A stretch of 63,305 nt of DNA from a virus (Duplodnaviria; Caudoviricetes), in IMG/VR virus record IMGVR_UViG_3300032087_001789, positions 1-63,305 of that record, one strand, 5' to 3'. Under the pieces are notes generated by a model. That model was not told where the DNA came from and did not search any database. It saw only the letters and a list, made by a program, of their open reading frames with translations. Of this stretch, positions 26,401-35,500 are shown piece by piece (positions within the stretch are counted from its first letter, which is position 1; every line of letters begins with the position of its first letter). The translations under genes and the position numbers were made by a program.

Positions 26401-29400
26401 TTAGGTTAGAGAATGCCTCTGCGACAAACTCGTGCACGTCGGTAAACCCATACTGCCCCAAAAGCGACTCAGAGCGTTCGTCTTGGCTGTTCTCTATGAA
26501 TGACTTAGCGTCAGCCATAAGAGCATCCAAAGTCTCTCTAAACGCAGGATTACTCTCAAGTTGCAACGAGGTAAATCCGTGAATTGCTTCGTGTAGCAAT
26601 GTTGATGCAAAGTCGTTAAAGTTCTTTACACCTTCAGAGCCTTGGTTTACGACAATAGTATTGTCTAAGTAAGGATTCCAAAAACCATATAGTTTAGTAT
26701 TCTCTTCTTGGAATATGTGGTCTGACAAAGAACCATCATCTACGATTACGTTCATCTTGTTTAGGATGCCCATATTCTTTAAAACTTTCAAGCCATCCAA
26801 TGTGTCTTGGTCAATGTTTTCAGAAGACATACTATCGTCAAGCAATGAGTTCACTACATCAAGTGCAGAGAATCCCGACTGCTGAACTCCAAACAACAAT
26901 GTGTTTCTATACCAATTACCCCAAGCCTTAGACTCCTCGTTAAGTTCGAGTTTCTCGTGCTGTTGGATAATGTTGTCAATGTTCTTTTCTGTTACGCTTC
27001 TTTTCGCTGTGTCAGGGTTTACATTAGGCGTTAGTCCGAATCTTTCGTTTAGCCAATTACCCATAAGGGTGTTAGAGGTGTTAACTTGGAAGAATGTACC
27101 TTCCTTGACCTTACTCTCTCCGAATCGACCCATAGTCTCAGTAAGCATCTGCCCCGATTGGAAGTCACCTGCTACAGACTCGACATATTTGGCGAACTGT
27201 GAGAACGTACCGTTACGCTTTAGGTTGATACCAAGGACAGCGCCAACAGTTTTACGCAGACTCTCCATACCCGCACGGACAACACTTGCCCCTGCTCCCT
27301 CCATAGAGATGTCTCCTACAGCGATATCCGCAGCCATTTCAGCGAATGTTTCCTCGATAGCCAAGGCTTCACCGCCTTGCTTCATAGCCGCTCTGTATAT
27401 TTGGACATACTTAGCACGAGTCGCTCTATCCATACCATTGAATGCTGCGTCTATAAATCGCTTAGCATACTTAGGGTCTACCTTGCGTAGAATCTTGTGG
27501 AATCCTTCGTGGAATGCTGTGTTGTTCTGAGCCATATTCGCCATAATGTGAATAGACCCATCCTCAGCCATATAAAAACCGTTAGAACCTGCAAGAGTCT
27601 GTTTGTCTACTCCTGAGATTGCTTCAGCGTCGTCTAAGTTTTTGTGCAAGAATACCTTGCCTTCGCCTTTAAACACGTTAGCCACATTTTTAATGCCTCG
27701 CATAAGTGGTGTGTCAGGCAGTTCTGTATTTTCATCAACCTCTATACTCGTAGTCATACCGCCTACAAATTCAGAGTTTGCTTGTTTTTGCGCTTTCATT
27801 TCAGCGATTTGAGGCTCATACTTGGCTTCAATCGCTTTGATAGAGTTGTATTGTTCTTTTGCTTCCGCACGTAGACGCGCTCTTTCCTCTTTGCTTAGGC
27901 TTTTTTCTTGGCGTAACCTACGCATATTCTCAGAAAGCCCTTGATTTAATTCTACGGTACGCTGAGCATCCTCGTCTGTGTATTGTTCGTAGACGCCTTC
28001 CATTTCGGTCTGCATCTGAATCTCCAACTTAGACAGAGTTTTGAGTTTAGTCTGTATCGCTTCGCGTCTTCTTGCGTCTGTAGTATTGCGTAGTTCCTCA
28101 GCAAGTTTCTGTTTGTTATTGCGAATCTTAATAAGGTCGCTACGCAAACCACCAAAGCCCATAGCAGAAACACCTGCGGTAAGAAGACCACGTCCTTGGA
28201 TAGCCGCTTTGACAGATGTAGAACCTGCACCCATACCAAACCCTACAATAGCAGAGTCAAGCAATTCATAGATGTTAGGCATCTCTTCGTCGTTTGCAAT
28301 GGAGTGAACCACGCCCGAACCAACGGTTGCAATAATCTCTTCTACAGCCTCTTCAGAACCTTGCTTTACGAATTTAAGACCTGCATCTTTTGCAAAGTCT
28401 CTTAGTTCCTTGGACAGCAAACCTTTCTTAAACAGAGTCTGCTTAATCTCTTGACGGCTCATATTTGCAAAAGCACCTTTACCTGCAAGTGCTTTAATAT
28501 CCGATGCAAACACACGCTCAGAGAACAATTCAACAGCGGCATCTCCAAGAGCCATAGTGAATGCTGTTCCATCGTCCATATGTTTTCCGTACGTGTCAGC
28601 CCAAGTTCTACCAAACGTAGACAGACCCATAAATGCAGAAGAACTCCATAACATAACAGAGTTACCCAACCCACGTGTAAAGTATGCTACTGCCGCTTGT
28701 GCTATCAACTGAGGTGCAGTCTGAGCGGCTTGGTGATAGAACATAGCACGAGCAGCCCTAAGGTTTCCTTCTGCAAGGTTTTCCGAAACGCCTTTTGATA
28801 TTTCGTCGTCCGTTAAGTCCCAACCTTCTTTTAGGTTGGCTTGACTACGGAATGAGTTGTCGTACATATCTACTGCAGCGCCGTGTCTGTCGTACAGAGA
28901 TTGGAAACTGTTTCCCAAGTCCATAACACCCGTACCAAAGTCGTACATAAAGTTACCGAAAGCACCAAGATTATCATCCCACCATTCAGCGTCTTCTACA
29001 TCTTCTGCGTATCTTTTTGCATTGTATCTGCTAATAACTTGCAGTTCCCCGAAAGTTTGTCGTGTAGGCTCTCCGATAAACTCGCCTGTGCGAAGGTCTA
29101 TTATATCATCAGGGGTAGGTTCGTGACCAATATTAAGCATCTCTTTGACGGTTGTTGAGTAATATTCCCCTTTCTTATGTACAGCAGACTCGTCAAATAC
29201 ATTTCCCCCCTCGTCAAGAAACTCATTTAAAAGCCAAACAGAAGGTTCTGTCCCTCCATAATATTCATTGTGTAACTCAATTTTATCGTCGTAAGCCGCT
29301 AAAAGTGCTTTATCTCCGTTTATTTGTCCCCCCTGTAATTGGCGCACAAGCCTAATAACATCTTCTTTGCTTTCCGCTTGACGGATAGCCTTAACCATAA

Positions 29401-30205
29401 TGTCTAACTTACCGTTTGCGTCTTTTACAAATGGAGGCTGATGTTGAGACGGATGAGGATGTGTATACTCAAGGGCATTTAATGGAAGAAACATATTACC
29501 ATTTGCTACAACGGTAGCATCAGTATATGCTGTACCAAATTCATCTGTTTGACTCCATTTAGAGTAGGGTATGTTTTTGTCCCAATCTTCGTTACCTGCG
29601 TGGTACTTAAAATAACGGTCTACCCAAAATTCTTCTGCTATTTGGAGTTGCGATAAACTGTGTTCAAGATGACGACTTCCATATGATATTTCAAGTAATT
29701 GTTTCTCCCTGTAATCCTCGAGAGACATACCTGCTTCCATTGCCCTGTATTCTTCGTCGGTCAATTCAGCATATTTAATGGTAGGGTCGACTTCAACCTC
29801 GTGCTTTAAAATAGCGGTTGCATCTCTTACACCACGGGGGTCTGATTCTGCATATTCACGTGCAGCCTCAGTCCAATAATCAGTCTTTTCGGTAGACTCC
29901 GAAGTAGATTCTTCCAATAGAGAATCCAATGAAGATTCTGCTGAAGTAGAGTCCAAAGAATCTTCCACGAAGGACGAGTCTGAATTTTTTTTTTCAGACC
30001 CTATGCCGACTTTAGAGAAAAAGTCTTGTTGTGATACATCATCTTGGAACGTGTCGTCGGTAGTGCCTATGTAGTCGTAAATCTGTTCTGCATATTCGGT
30101 ATCGCTCATTTTCTGAGCAAAGTCCTCAAACGAAACGTCTTGAGAATATGTTTCGTCTTGTTTGGATATATAACTATATAGTTCTTCTAAGTATTCCTCG
30201 TTCAT
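20444..30205 (-). CDS. Giant (~3250 aa) virion or ejection polyvalent protein with two zincin metallopeptidase motifs
   Basis: HEGFH...EE.FAE and HEAIH...HEFVAE; acidic N-terminus; start moved to ATG 30205 because the track start overlaps the promoter. Confidence 0.8.
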   Translation of the reverse strand: MNEEYLEELYSYISKQDETYSQDVSFEDFAQKMSDTEYAEQIYDYIGTTDDTFQDDVSQQDFFSKVGIGSEKKNSDSSFVEDSLDSTSAESSLDSLLEESTSESTEKTDYWTEAAREYAESDPRGVRDATAILKHEVEVDPTIKYAELTDEEYRAMEAGMSLEDYREKQLLEISYGSRHLEHSLSQLQIAEEFWVDRYFKYHAGNEDWDKNIPYSKWSQTDEFGTAYTDATVVANGNMFLPLNALEYTHPHPSQHQPPFVKDANGKLDIMVKAIRQAESKEDVIRLVRQLQGGQINGDKALLAAYDDKIELHNEYYGGTEPSVWLLNEFLDEGGNVFDESAVHKKGEYYSTTVKEMLNIGHEPTPDDIIDLRTGEFIGEPTRQTFGELQVISRYNAKRYAEDVEDAEWWDDNLGAFGNFMYDFGTGVMDLGNSFQSLYDRHGAAVDMYDNSFRSQANLKEGWDLTDDEISKGVSENLAEGNLRAARAMFYHQAAQTAPQLIAQAAVAYFTRGLGNSVMLWSSSAFMGLSTFGRTWADTYGKHMDDGTAFTMALGDAAVELFSERVFASDIKALAGKGAFANMSRQEIKQTLFKKGLLSKELRDFAKDAGLKFVKQGSEEAVEEIIATVGSGVVHSIANDEEMPNIYELLDSAIVGFGMGAGSTSVKAAIQGRGLLTAGVSAMGFGGLRSDLIKIRNNKQKLAEELRNTTDARRREAIQTKLKTLSKLEIQMQTEMEGVYEQYTDEDAQRTVELNQGLSENMRRLRQEKSLSKEERARLRAEAKEQYNSIKAIEAKYEPQIAEMKAQKQANSEFVGGMTTSIEVDENTELPDTPLMRGIKNVANVFKGEGKVFLHKNLDDAEAISGVDKQTLAGSNGFYMAEDGSIHIMANMAQNNTAFHEGFHKILRKVDPKYAKRFIDAAFNGMDRATRAKYVQIYRAAMKQGGEALAIEETFAEMAADIAVGDISMEGAGASVVRAGMESLRKTVGAVLGINLKRNGTFSQFAKYVESVAGDFQSGQMLTETMGRFGESKVKEGTFFQVNTSNTLMGNWLNERFGLTPNVNPDTAKRSVTEKNIDNIIQQHEKLELNEESKAWGNWYRNTLLFGVQQSGFSALDVVNSLLDDSMSSENIDQDTLDGLKVLKNMGILNKMNVIVDDGSLSDHIFQEENTKLYGFWNPYLDNTIVVNQGSEGVKNFNDFASTLLHEAIHGFTSLQLESNPAFRETLDALMADAKSFIENSQDERSESLLGQYGFTDVHEFVAEAFSNLRFQQTIGSIPLDSKTQNLIESKGFTLTGSTLFDAFKAMVANLIKTVYGDFGVVEGTSILDAIVDVTSQNTTKTYIDAANVNQRSANVFFQLSENKLKDDNSQGALQHPVKSKLMAKVKKATIKVAKGKTFAGSFINEDTKFTNLATVVQNFEKENGRPPKILFWMGDQSARGTYTTLDGTKIELEGGISFSQDPANTDKGVVWATNKNNNEVQGLVKDADIVAIVSGKPETGHRFYKGTSRVVYTELMEAFNRNKGKSIEFPARGKKFNIDVPTEGFTDPLQAIKFFYNSLAENGKKPAAIYKESKEDKKEGRGNFMEEIAKHDTLDSYLEESKGDRMSGLDMFLTTSGEMKAFMENLGMKSDFDYQNDMRDGYLVENEFTTGDIYAFYEFERDADGRVVTQDGNHSTYSTDIKGKALGIANRKDNIYQIADLSASTTTEVKLSGKQQLELLVEAGELTQAQVDEINAIEDEKKRNKAKGDIIRSVAGRLRGQGKTYLADRLTAKSGYVSAEKAGDKSLKRIVSDAGTSYDGKTLLESLIVGQTLEGRMNVLQEAATQLTEEGNAKVREFKNKEGNFEMLSLPVGMVLERAAEIEGVSFKDMQESVNPETKRKAGVFFQSTIITSIAQRILLGEKKADIIASLRAKGMSRADANLIYAKASQNARGVKQGWKEGTRERSAQLAAKRKAERKAESSKAKDLRKKLAAVLKTEKKVNRNIINEMIRVIKEAGVEIKPTQVAQLIRTAAKVAKMKGRNAVDPDIRYEVLNSVVDKVVKIVEKQMDAKGLNDYINQLKRVEKAQKDLRNRFKKLKPTSRSPLISYAEQILDITSINPALLSAESLQLLEDTIKDLNISTKSVSVRKGELSNPYVEIEGLGKVDMRRAKVYFNEIFERLKVEEVSLQEKQLVEKAADLAFENGTDWVTEYEGLMRQINEKELKGVQKKLTAIADEMGLDLNDINDFEAALELYAEAKEEQLNKNRQVIIDEAIIPTFLNFRRLYESNPNFAAIFGITEEMEDDVAASIVKSRMDALTPLELKRLEFAMYDFAVNGKALGINALAASAVAKNDGNKALKALGLQSRETAKKTPLHWVSSRFENTPTFMRRIFKSSEARIAKFMEISGFSSLRNEASLADKIAEDFNQDLIKLAKQFGQTSIASQVRMQIYSVLTQKPEGVNQTQYLAQVIANFELSLSNDPRWSSGGRLRGKGKNQRKEIRETLDSVFYTENGKKKNYNAIVKELESDKNMMKMIDQLRSRFKRQGKAVKRYAEEFLGMNFKEEENYLPIGFRAVGSTNDDITKIQDDMANIQSAFNSYNLSKANRQASSTYERNENAMGSKTRYIDMNFYSSLSRTYRQNEVKTRTAYSVAKVSAMTSESNEQFKKVVRDPQDRRDMRRKIVQFLTDDIAVARSTDQMLGTNLAKFANEMNNLTVLYYFGGVFNQILKQSSAIMNTIIEGGNPLHLLGYVMTATTGKYNEGQRTILAQADIGQRDYIKETVNATVEGNALAEKNSWKRMRKGFFDASTAALRNTDKVAATASWLMYYESYMRKENGFNGQVSDEVWAEWGANIDEGASAYASTMVAKDQNVSTKRDKSDFNRLNSSQVAAVIQMLVMPFANFLLNKKINLALDFRNLGKGETRANAAKSIGGTALEVAAFHAMSQFVIVPIINGLAGSLIGGEGEEEDSWFDREFSLKMFLKGMATDMNPLVLPIGVMESMYTKMLNLVGYTAFSDGEHDFEDRDFWENYKAWERANGLPIFSSVGRGDASWLTWLKSAGVYGDMISEYALSIKNLSTLSEDNPHYVTSFGTTKYLSTEDAKKMMNLETAKLSLLTTGAFTGLFSKESIQVIKRRERQIGERGITNENEAIGRMIINEGEKGTKLLQETVEGMVGDNPTGIEGRVESIIGNKVVKSVEADKLPSNKYINTIRDINKMAQDPRDAAVIAKKVMKSMTTEEAKAFEQDLLKYYALKEGEGALVKMVLILNRD

Positions 30206-30231
30206 GATGTCATCATTTGTTTCTGATAACA

Positions 30232-30239
30232 CAAATATA
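30232..30239 (-). promoter_or_regulatory. Bacteroidota -7 promoter TATATTTG
   Basis: Intergenic, upstream of the giant gene. Confidence 0.75.
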
Positions 30240-30266
30240 CGAAAAAACTATTTAAAAAACAACCTA

Positions 30267-31736
30267 TTAACGTGGTGCTTTATTAGACTTTTCGGGGTCT
30301 GTATACTTACCTTTACCACCTGCTTGTTCAAACGCATTCTGCTTTAGTTGTGGTATTTGTCCTGCAGGAATACCTGCACTTGCAGCACTAAGCGGCACTA
30401 TATTAGCCTCCATTGTCGCCAATAAAGCCGCAGCATCTCCGCCTTCTTCAATTTTAGTCAAAATGTCAGGGCTTGGTTGGTATTCTACTGCAAAAAATTC
30501 ATACGTATCATCGCTTTTTTTCTGAGCCAACACACCGCCTACAATAACCTTTTTACTACCCGAACCACGTGGACGGAGTTTCATACCCTCCATAGAAGAA
30601 TAACCAATTGTAGAGCCTTCTAAATGCTCCATTGCGTTATCCTTGATTTTAATGTCACCGCCTATTGCCTCTTCTGCTGTAGCGCCTCTACTTAATGCGT
30701 AGTCTTTATTAGGGTCGTATCCTTCACCTTTAACTCCTGCAGCATAATTATCTACCTCAGAAAAGTTTGTACCTTTTTTAGCCTTAGCAGCAACAGCGTC
30801 GTAGTACAATTCGTATCCACGTTCTACTATGCTGTTTTCCATATAGTAAGCCTCTTCTGCTTGAGCCAATGCAACAGGGTTATTGATAAATCTTCTGTCT
30901 GCTCTTAGGGCTTCAATGTCATCTCCGTATTGGTCGGTAAGTTCGCGACCATACTCTCTCATTTCTTGGAATTTAGCCGTCTGTTGTGTAGCAAGGTCAG
31001 TTGTACCAAAGTAATCAGCCATTACCTGAGCCTCGACAGCCTCTCTAAAGTCTGTGTTGCCGTGCATTTGGCTTTCATACAATGCTTGAATAGCAGCATC
31101 TTTCTTTTCTACGTTTATCTCGGCTTTATCTTCTCCTTCTATTCGCCCACTTTTATGTGTGGTGCTAAAAGCGGTACGCTCGTAAGAAGCGTTAATAACA
31201 TTAGTAGCGTCAACACCAATAAAGTCCGCCATATTTTTTTCCACCTCAAGAAATGTTGGCGCTTCAAATAAAAGGTTGTCTGTACTTATTTGACCGTCGT
31301 TGTTGGATGTAAATGCAGTAGCATTTTGATGCTCTCTATAATATCTTTCGTAACGCTCGGGGTCACGATTGTACTCTGCCGTTTTTTTAAACTCAGCAAA
31401 AGTATTAAAATGTTGCAATGACGCAGTCTGAGAAGTTTTAGCCAAACGAGAAGCCTTGTCCATAGCCAAACGCGCTCTTTGTGCATCTTCAGGGTTGCGA
31501 GTTTTTTGTGCAAGAGCAGATAATTCCATTGCATTTTCTACTTGCTCGTTTATGTAAGGCTTATCAACTTCTCTAATACCTTGGGTGTCAATGCTTTCGT
31601 ATAGGGTCGCGTTGTCCTTCACAAACTGTTGTTTGCGTTGTCTTCTCGCTTCGTCCATAAACAACCCTGTCTGTCCGAGTTTTGTAAAATCGAATACAGT
31701 TGTACTTTGTCCTAAACCTGTTGTACCGTCAGCCAT
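30267..31736 (-). CDS. Putative internal virion/ejection protein
   Basis: Helical; lies between the tail muzzle and giant genes. Confidence 0.6.
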   Translation of the reverse strand: MADGTTGLGQSTTVFDFTKLGQTGLFMDEARRQRKQQFVKDNATLYESIDTQGIREVDKPYINEQVENAMELSALAQKTRNPEDAQRARLAMDKASRLAKTSQTASLQHFNTFAEFKKTAEYNRDPERYERYYREHQNATAFTSNNDGQISTDNLLFEAPTFLEVEKNMADFIGVDATNVINASYERTAFSTTHKSGRIEGEDKAEINVEKKDAAIQALYESQMHGNTDFREAVEAQVMADYFGTTDLATQQTAKFQEMREYGRELTDQYGDDIEALRADRRFINNPVALAQAEEAYYMENSIVERGYELYYDAVAAKAKKGTNFSEVDNYAAGVKGEGYDPNKDYALSRGATAEEAIGGDIKIKDNAMEHLEGSTIGYSSMEGMKLRPRGSGSKKVIVGGVLAQKKSDDTYEFFAVEYQPSPDILTKIEEGGDAAALLATMEANIVPLSAASAGIPAGQIPQLKQNAFEQAGGKGKYTDPEKSNKAPR

Positions 31737-32554
31737 TACTTAAATCTTTTCTTTTTTAATAGATTGCGGAAGTATTTAGACTCCTTCTTAATAGCCTTGG
31801 CTTGAGTAGGGTTCAAAATAATTTCGTTGCCTGTTGCCTCGCCTATTTTTTCTCCGTCTTGTACTAAGTCGATAGGGTTTTTAGCGTGTGAAAATTCTCC
31901 TTGTGTTTTACCGCCTTTCTTTCCGTTTAACGAACCACCTTTGGCGTATCCATCAAACGAACCTGCAGACTGCTGAAAACCACCTGCGGCAGCACCAATA
32001 CCACCACCAATGTTAGCCAATGCCGCTTGTTTAGCAGCATCCGCAGCGGTATATTGCATACGGAATCTGTTTTCTTTTAGTCCTTGGTTTTGAGCCTGAG
32101 CAGCACCTAATGTTTGTAGGGCGGTCATTTCGCGTTGTCTCTGAGCGTCCTGCGCCTGAACCTCTGCAGCGTTAGCGGCAGTAACCTGCGACTGAAGACC
32201 ACCCAATAAAGCACGACCACCTGCTTTGCTTAGAGCATCTGTAGAGGTTGCTAAACGACGATTAATAGCCTGAGTCTGCTGACGTAAGGCTGCTTGGTCT
32301 AAGGCTCTCTGAGCGTATTCCTCATATGCTGATGGTAAGCGTAGTGACGGCGCACCTGCTAATAACTCATCCATTTGAGCGTTAGCCTTCTTGAGTTGGT
32401 TCATACCATATATGGTCTGACCAATACCTGCTACAGCCTGTAAAGCACCACCAACAAAAGCACCACCCGATGCACCCGTTGCTGCTCCTGCAACCGCCTT
32501 GCCGACGTTACCGCCAAGCCCATACTTTACTCCGTCTTTTTTTCTTACCTTCAT
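31736..32554 (-). CDS. Putative ejection (pilot-like) protein
   Basis: G/A-rich hydrophobic segments plus Q/A-rich coiled coil. Confidence 0.65.
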   Translation of the reverse strand: MKVRKKDGVKYGLGGNVGKAVAGAATGASGGAFVGGALQAVAGIGQTIYGMNQLKKANAQMDELLAGAPSLRLPSAYEEYAQRALDQAALRQQTQAINRRLATSTDALSKAGGRALLGGLQSQVTAANAAEVQAQDAQRQREMTALQTLGAAQAQNQGLKENRFRMQYTAADAAKQAALANIGGGIGAAAGGFQQSAGSFDGYAKGGSLNGKKGGKTQGEFSHAKNPIDLVQDGEKIGEATGNEIILNPTQAKAIKKESKYFRNLLKKKRFK

Positions 32555-32562
32555 ACCAATTG

Positions 32563-32570
32563 CAAATATA
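32563..32570 (-). promoter_or_regulatory. Bacteroidota -7 promoter TATATTTG
   Basis: 8 nt upstream of ATG 32554. Confidence 0.75.
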
Positions 32571-32574
32571 CGAA

Positions 32575-35500
32575 TTATTGTTGACTATTGTTGTGTAATC
32601 CGCTTTCTGACGTGTGTGCAGACACAGCAAATAGTTCAAATGCCGTAGCATCATTAAATGTTAGTTTGACCTCAGCGTAAGCGCCTCTGATTGGGTCGCC
32701 ATCTACTGATGCGCCTTTTACAGCAATCTCATCTCCTGCCGTTACAGCCCCTGCATTTGACATAGACAATACACGAGGACTAACAAGGCTGTCTGCAGTA
32801 ACTCCTGCAATCTGTGTGAACACACCCGCGTCAAGTTTGTAGACATCTCCACCGAGTCTAAAAGGTAGTCTGTTTACTTTAGCCTTCATAGTTATCTCAG
32901 GGTCATTCTCCGACTGTACCTCGCCGAGAACTACAAACTGAGAAGTACCTTCCTCACGTGGTACGTGACCGTAGTACACTCCCTCTTTCAAAGAGAATAA
33001 GCCTTCAGGCATAGATACCTCTTGGTCTATAGTAGTAATAGTAGCAGACGGGTTAGCGGTAGCATCCACTCCGATTGCGTTGTATACCTTACGAGAAGTA
33101 GGGTCTTGGTTGAATACAGCCTCAATGTACGCATCGTACTGAAGCCCAAAGAACGAACCATATATAGAGTTTTGTTCCGCTTCCCATACTTGATTGTCTC
33201 TTATTTGGAAGAATCTGTTACCAAGTGTTCCGTAGAACGTTCCTGTGTAGTCTACAAACGTAGTAAACTTATCAAGACCAACAGAGTATACCAAAGACTT
33301 AGTATTGGTAAGTGGTTTATTTTGTAAAGAGAATAGTACCTCTTTGTTTTCTTTATCATATCCAATAGACACATAGTATCCATCAGCATCAGCCAACATA
33401 GACTTGCTACGCTCATCAACAAAAGTTGATACGCTTTTGTCTGAAAGTAGGTTGACACCCTGCTCTGTTAATGCAACAATCTTAGAGCGAGTAACGTCTA
33501 CTAAGTATACAGTACCGTCAGCCTTCAGGAATGCCGTGCGGTCTTCGTTGATACCAAAGTTACCGCCATAGTGTTGCTGTAGACCCAAAATGTCTGTAGA
33601 CTGAGTAACAAACTCTGAACCTGTACCCGTAGCGAGTATTTGACGGCTTACAGGAATACGAGACACTTTGTCGGATTGAAGCACCATTATACTGTCAGAC
33701 ATATCACAAAGACCGAAAATTCCACCATAGTTCATTTCGTAGTCTGCAAAGTTTGCAAGACTATTGTTAAACGAAGAAAGGTTTGTTTGTGCGCTATCCG
33801 CTAACTGAGGCTCTGAATAAGTAAGAGAAGATATTCTGTGGTGTTCTCTTTCATTGTTTATCACAGCGTAAGGTTTACCGCCCAAGTCTCCTTTTGTGTT
33901 TTTATCGTAATCAGAATACTGAATAGACTCAACGTATCTTAGGTTGTCACTAAGGGTATCGTCGGAAGCATTCGTAAACTTAATGTTTCTTTGTTTGTAC
34001 CAAGCGTTACCCTGCTTTAAATTATGGGTATTGCCTATATCTGTGCTTACTTCATACTTGCCCTCAATTGCTCTGTATATCTTGGTAGTCTGTTCTTTTT
34101 TAGGTGTGTATATTTCTACAATACACTCGCTATCCCAAAGGTCTGTATTTGCATCTACTGCGTCTCTGTTAAAGTCACTGTATGAAGCGTTTTTCAAAAG
34201 AAGAAAGTCACCTGTAGATTCAAAGTCGCTATGACCGTGACCTGTAGGAAATATGTTTGTATCTAATGTAGTTAGTCCTACTACATCAAAGATATAGTCT
34301 TTAGGGTATATTGTACTATCCCCATCTTTGTATGACAAGATTCTTAACTTGTCACCTTCTGTAAATGAGTATGTTAAGTCAGCGCCGCCATCTCCGCCTG
34401 AGTAGGATTGGTCTTTACCCTGCAGAGTTCTAAGACCAAGGTATATAGCCTCTGAATTACCTGCCTCATTGTCGGAGTTGTCTACAACATATGCGTGACC
34501 AACAGAGTATTGGATATAGTCCTCTATAGAGTTACCACCGCTGTATACATAGAAAAATCTTCTAAGGTCTGAGTCAAGTCCTGATGCTGTAAAACTAACA
34601 TCTACTGATGCGCTTCCTAATTCATCGGGATTTCTTTCGCCCAATGTAGGTATATATACAGAACCCAACTCTTGAACACCCGTAGTTCTTCCGTATTCGT
34701 CTTCAAAAACAACTCCAAAGGAGTGAGACTCACCCGCTTTAAACGTTTGGTTGTCGTGAGATATGTAAGCAACAGACTGACCATCCTCTGTAGTCCAACT
34801 ACCTATTGTGCCTGTTGTAATTCCACTTGTTATGTTTAGACTTGATTTTAGGTCATCTCTGTTAACGCCACCACTTGCTACTCTTGCAGTACGAACATTA
34901 AATGACTCTAATTCAAATGTTATATCAATCCCCGTAGATGTAGTTGAAGCACTAATGGAAAAAGTTGCAGTACCTGCAAAATACAACGAGTAAGACGTAG
35001 AAGAAATTGTAATAACCGTTGACTGTGTAGGCTCTATAGCAACTTCAAATGTCTCGTTGTTAAGGGCATTTGCTAACTTAGTTCTAAAGTTAGATATATC
35101 CGTAGGTGCTGTAATTGTTTTAGACTTAAATATATCAGCAGTACCAAGCCCAAGTCTGACTATAACTGTATCAGTACCAACCAAAGCACCATTTGTTTGT
35201 CTAAGTTCTACGTCGTGTGTACTTGAAGTATTTACCACGGGATTAAGACCTATCTTAGCCATCTTAAACTTAGTAATAGTCTCTATGTCCGTAGAGCCAT
35301 CTATAAGTTTTTCAACCTCTGAAGTATCTATACTAACAACTGTAGGTGAATACGTTGTAGACTCTGTCATTCTTGGAGTCTCAAGAGAAGAGTCCAATAC
35401 AGCAGTCAACGTAGGGGTCAATGTAGGTTTATTGAATCCCTCTGTATAATTACCATAAATTAGTCGGTTAGCCGTAATTGTCTGAGCCTTAGCAGTTTTA

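Noticed and set aside
20444-30205. crAss-type virion RNA polymerase
   Set aside because: I found no DxDxD (DFDGD/DFDID) catalytic motif in the giant protein, and host-type promoters are abundant.
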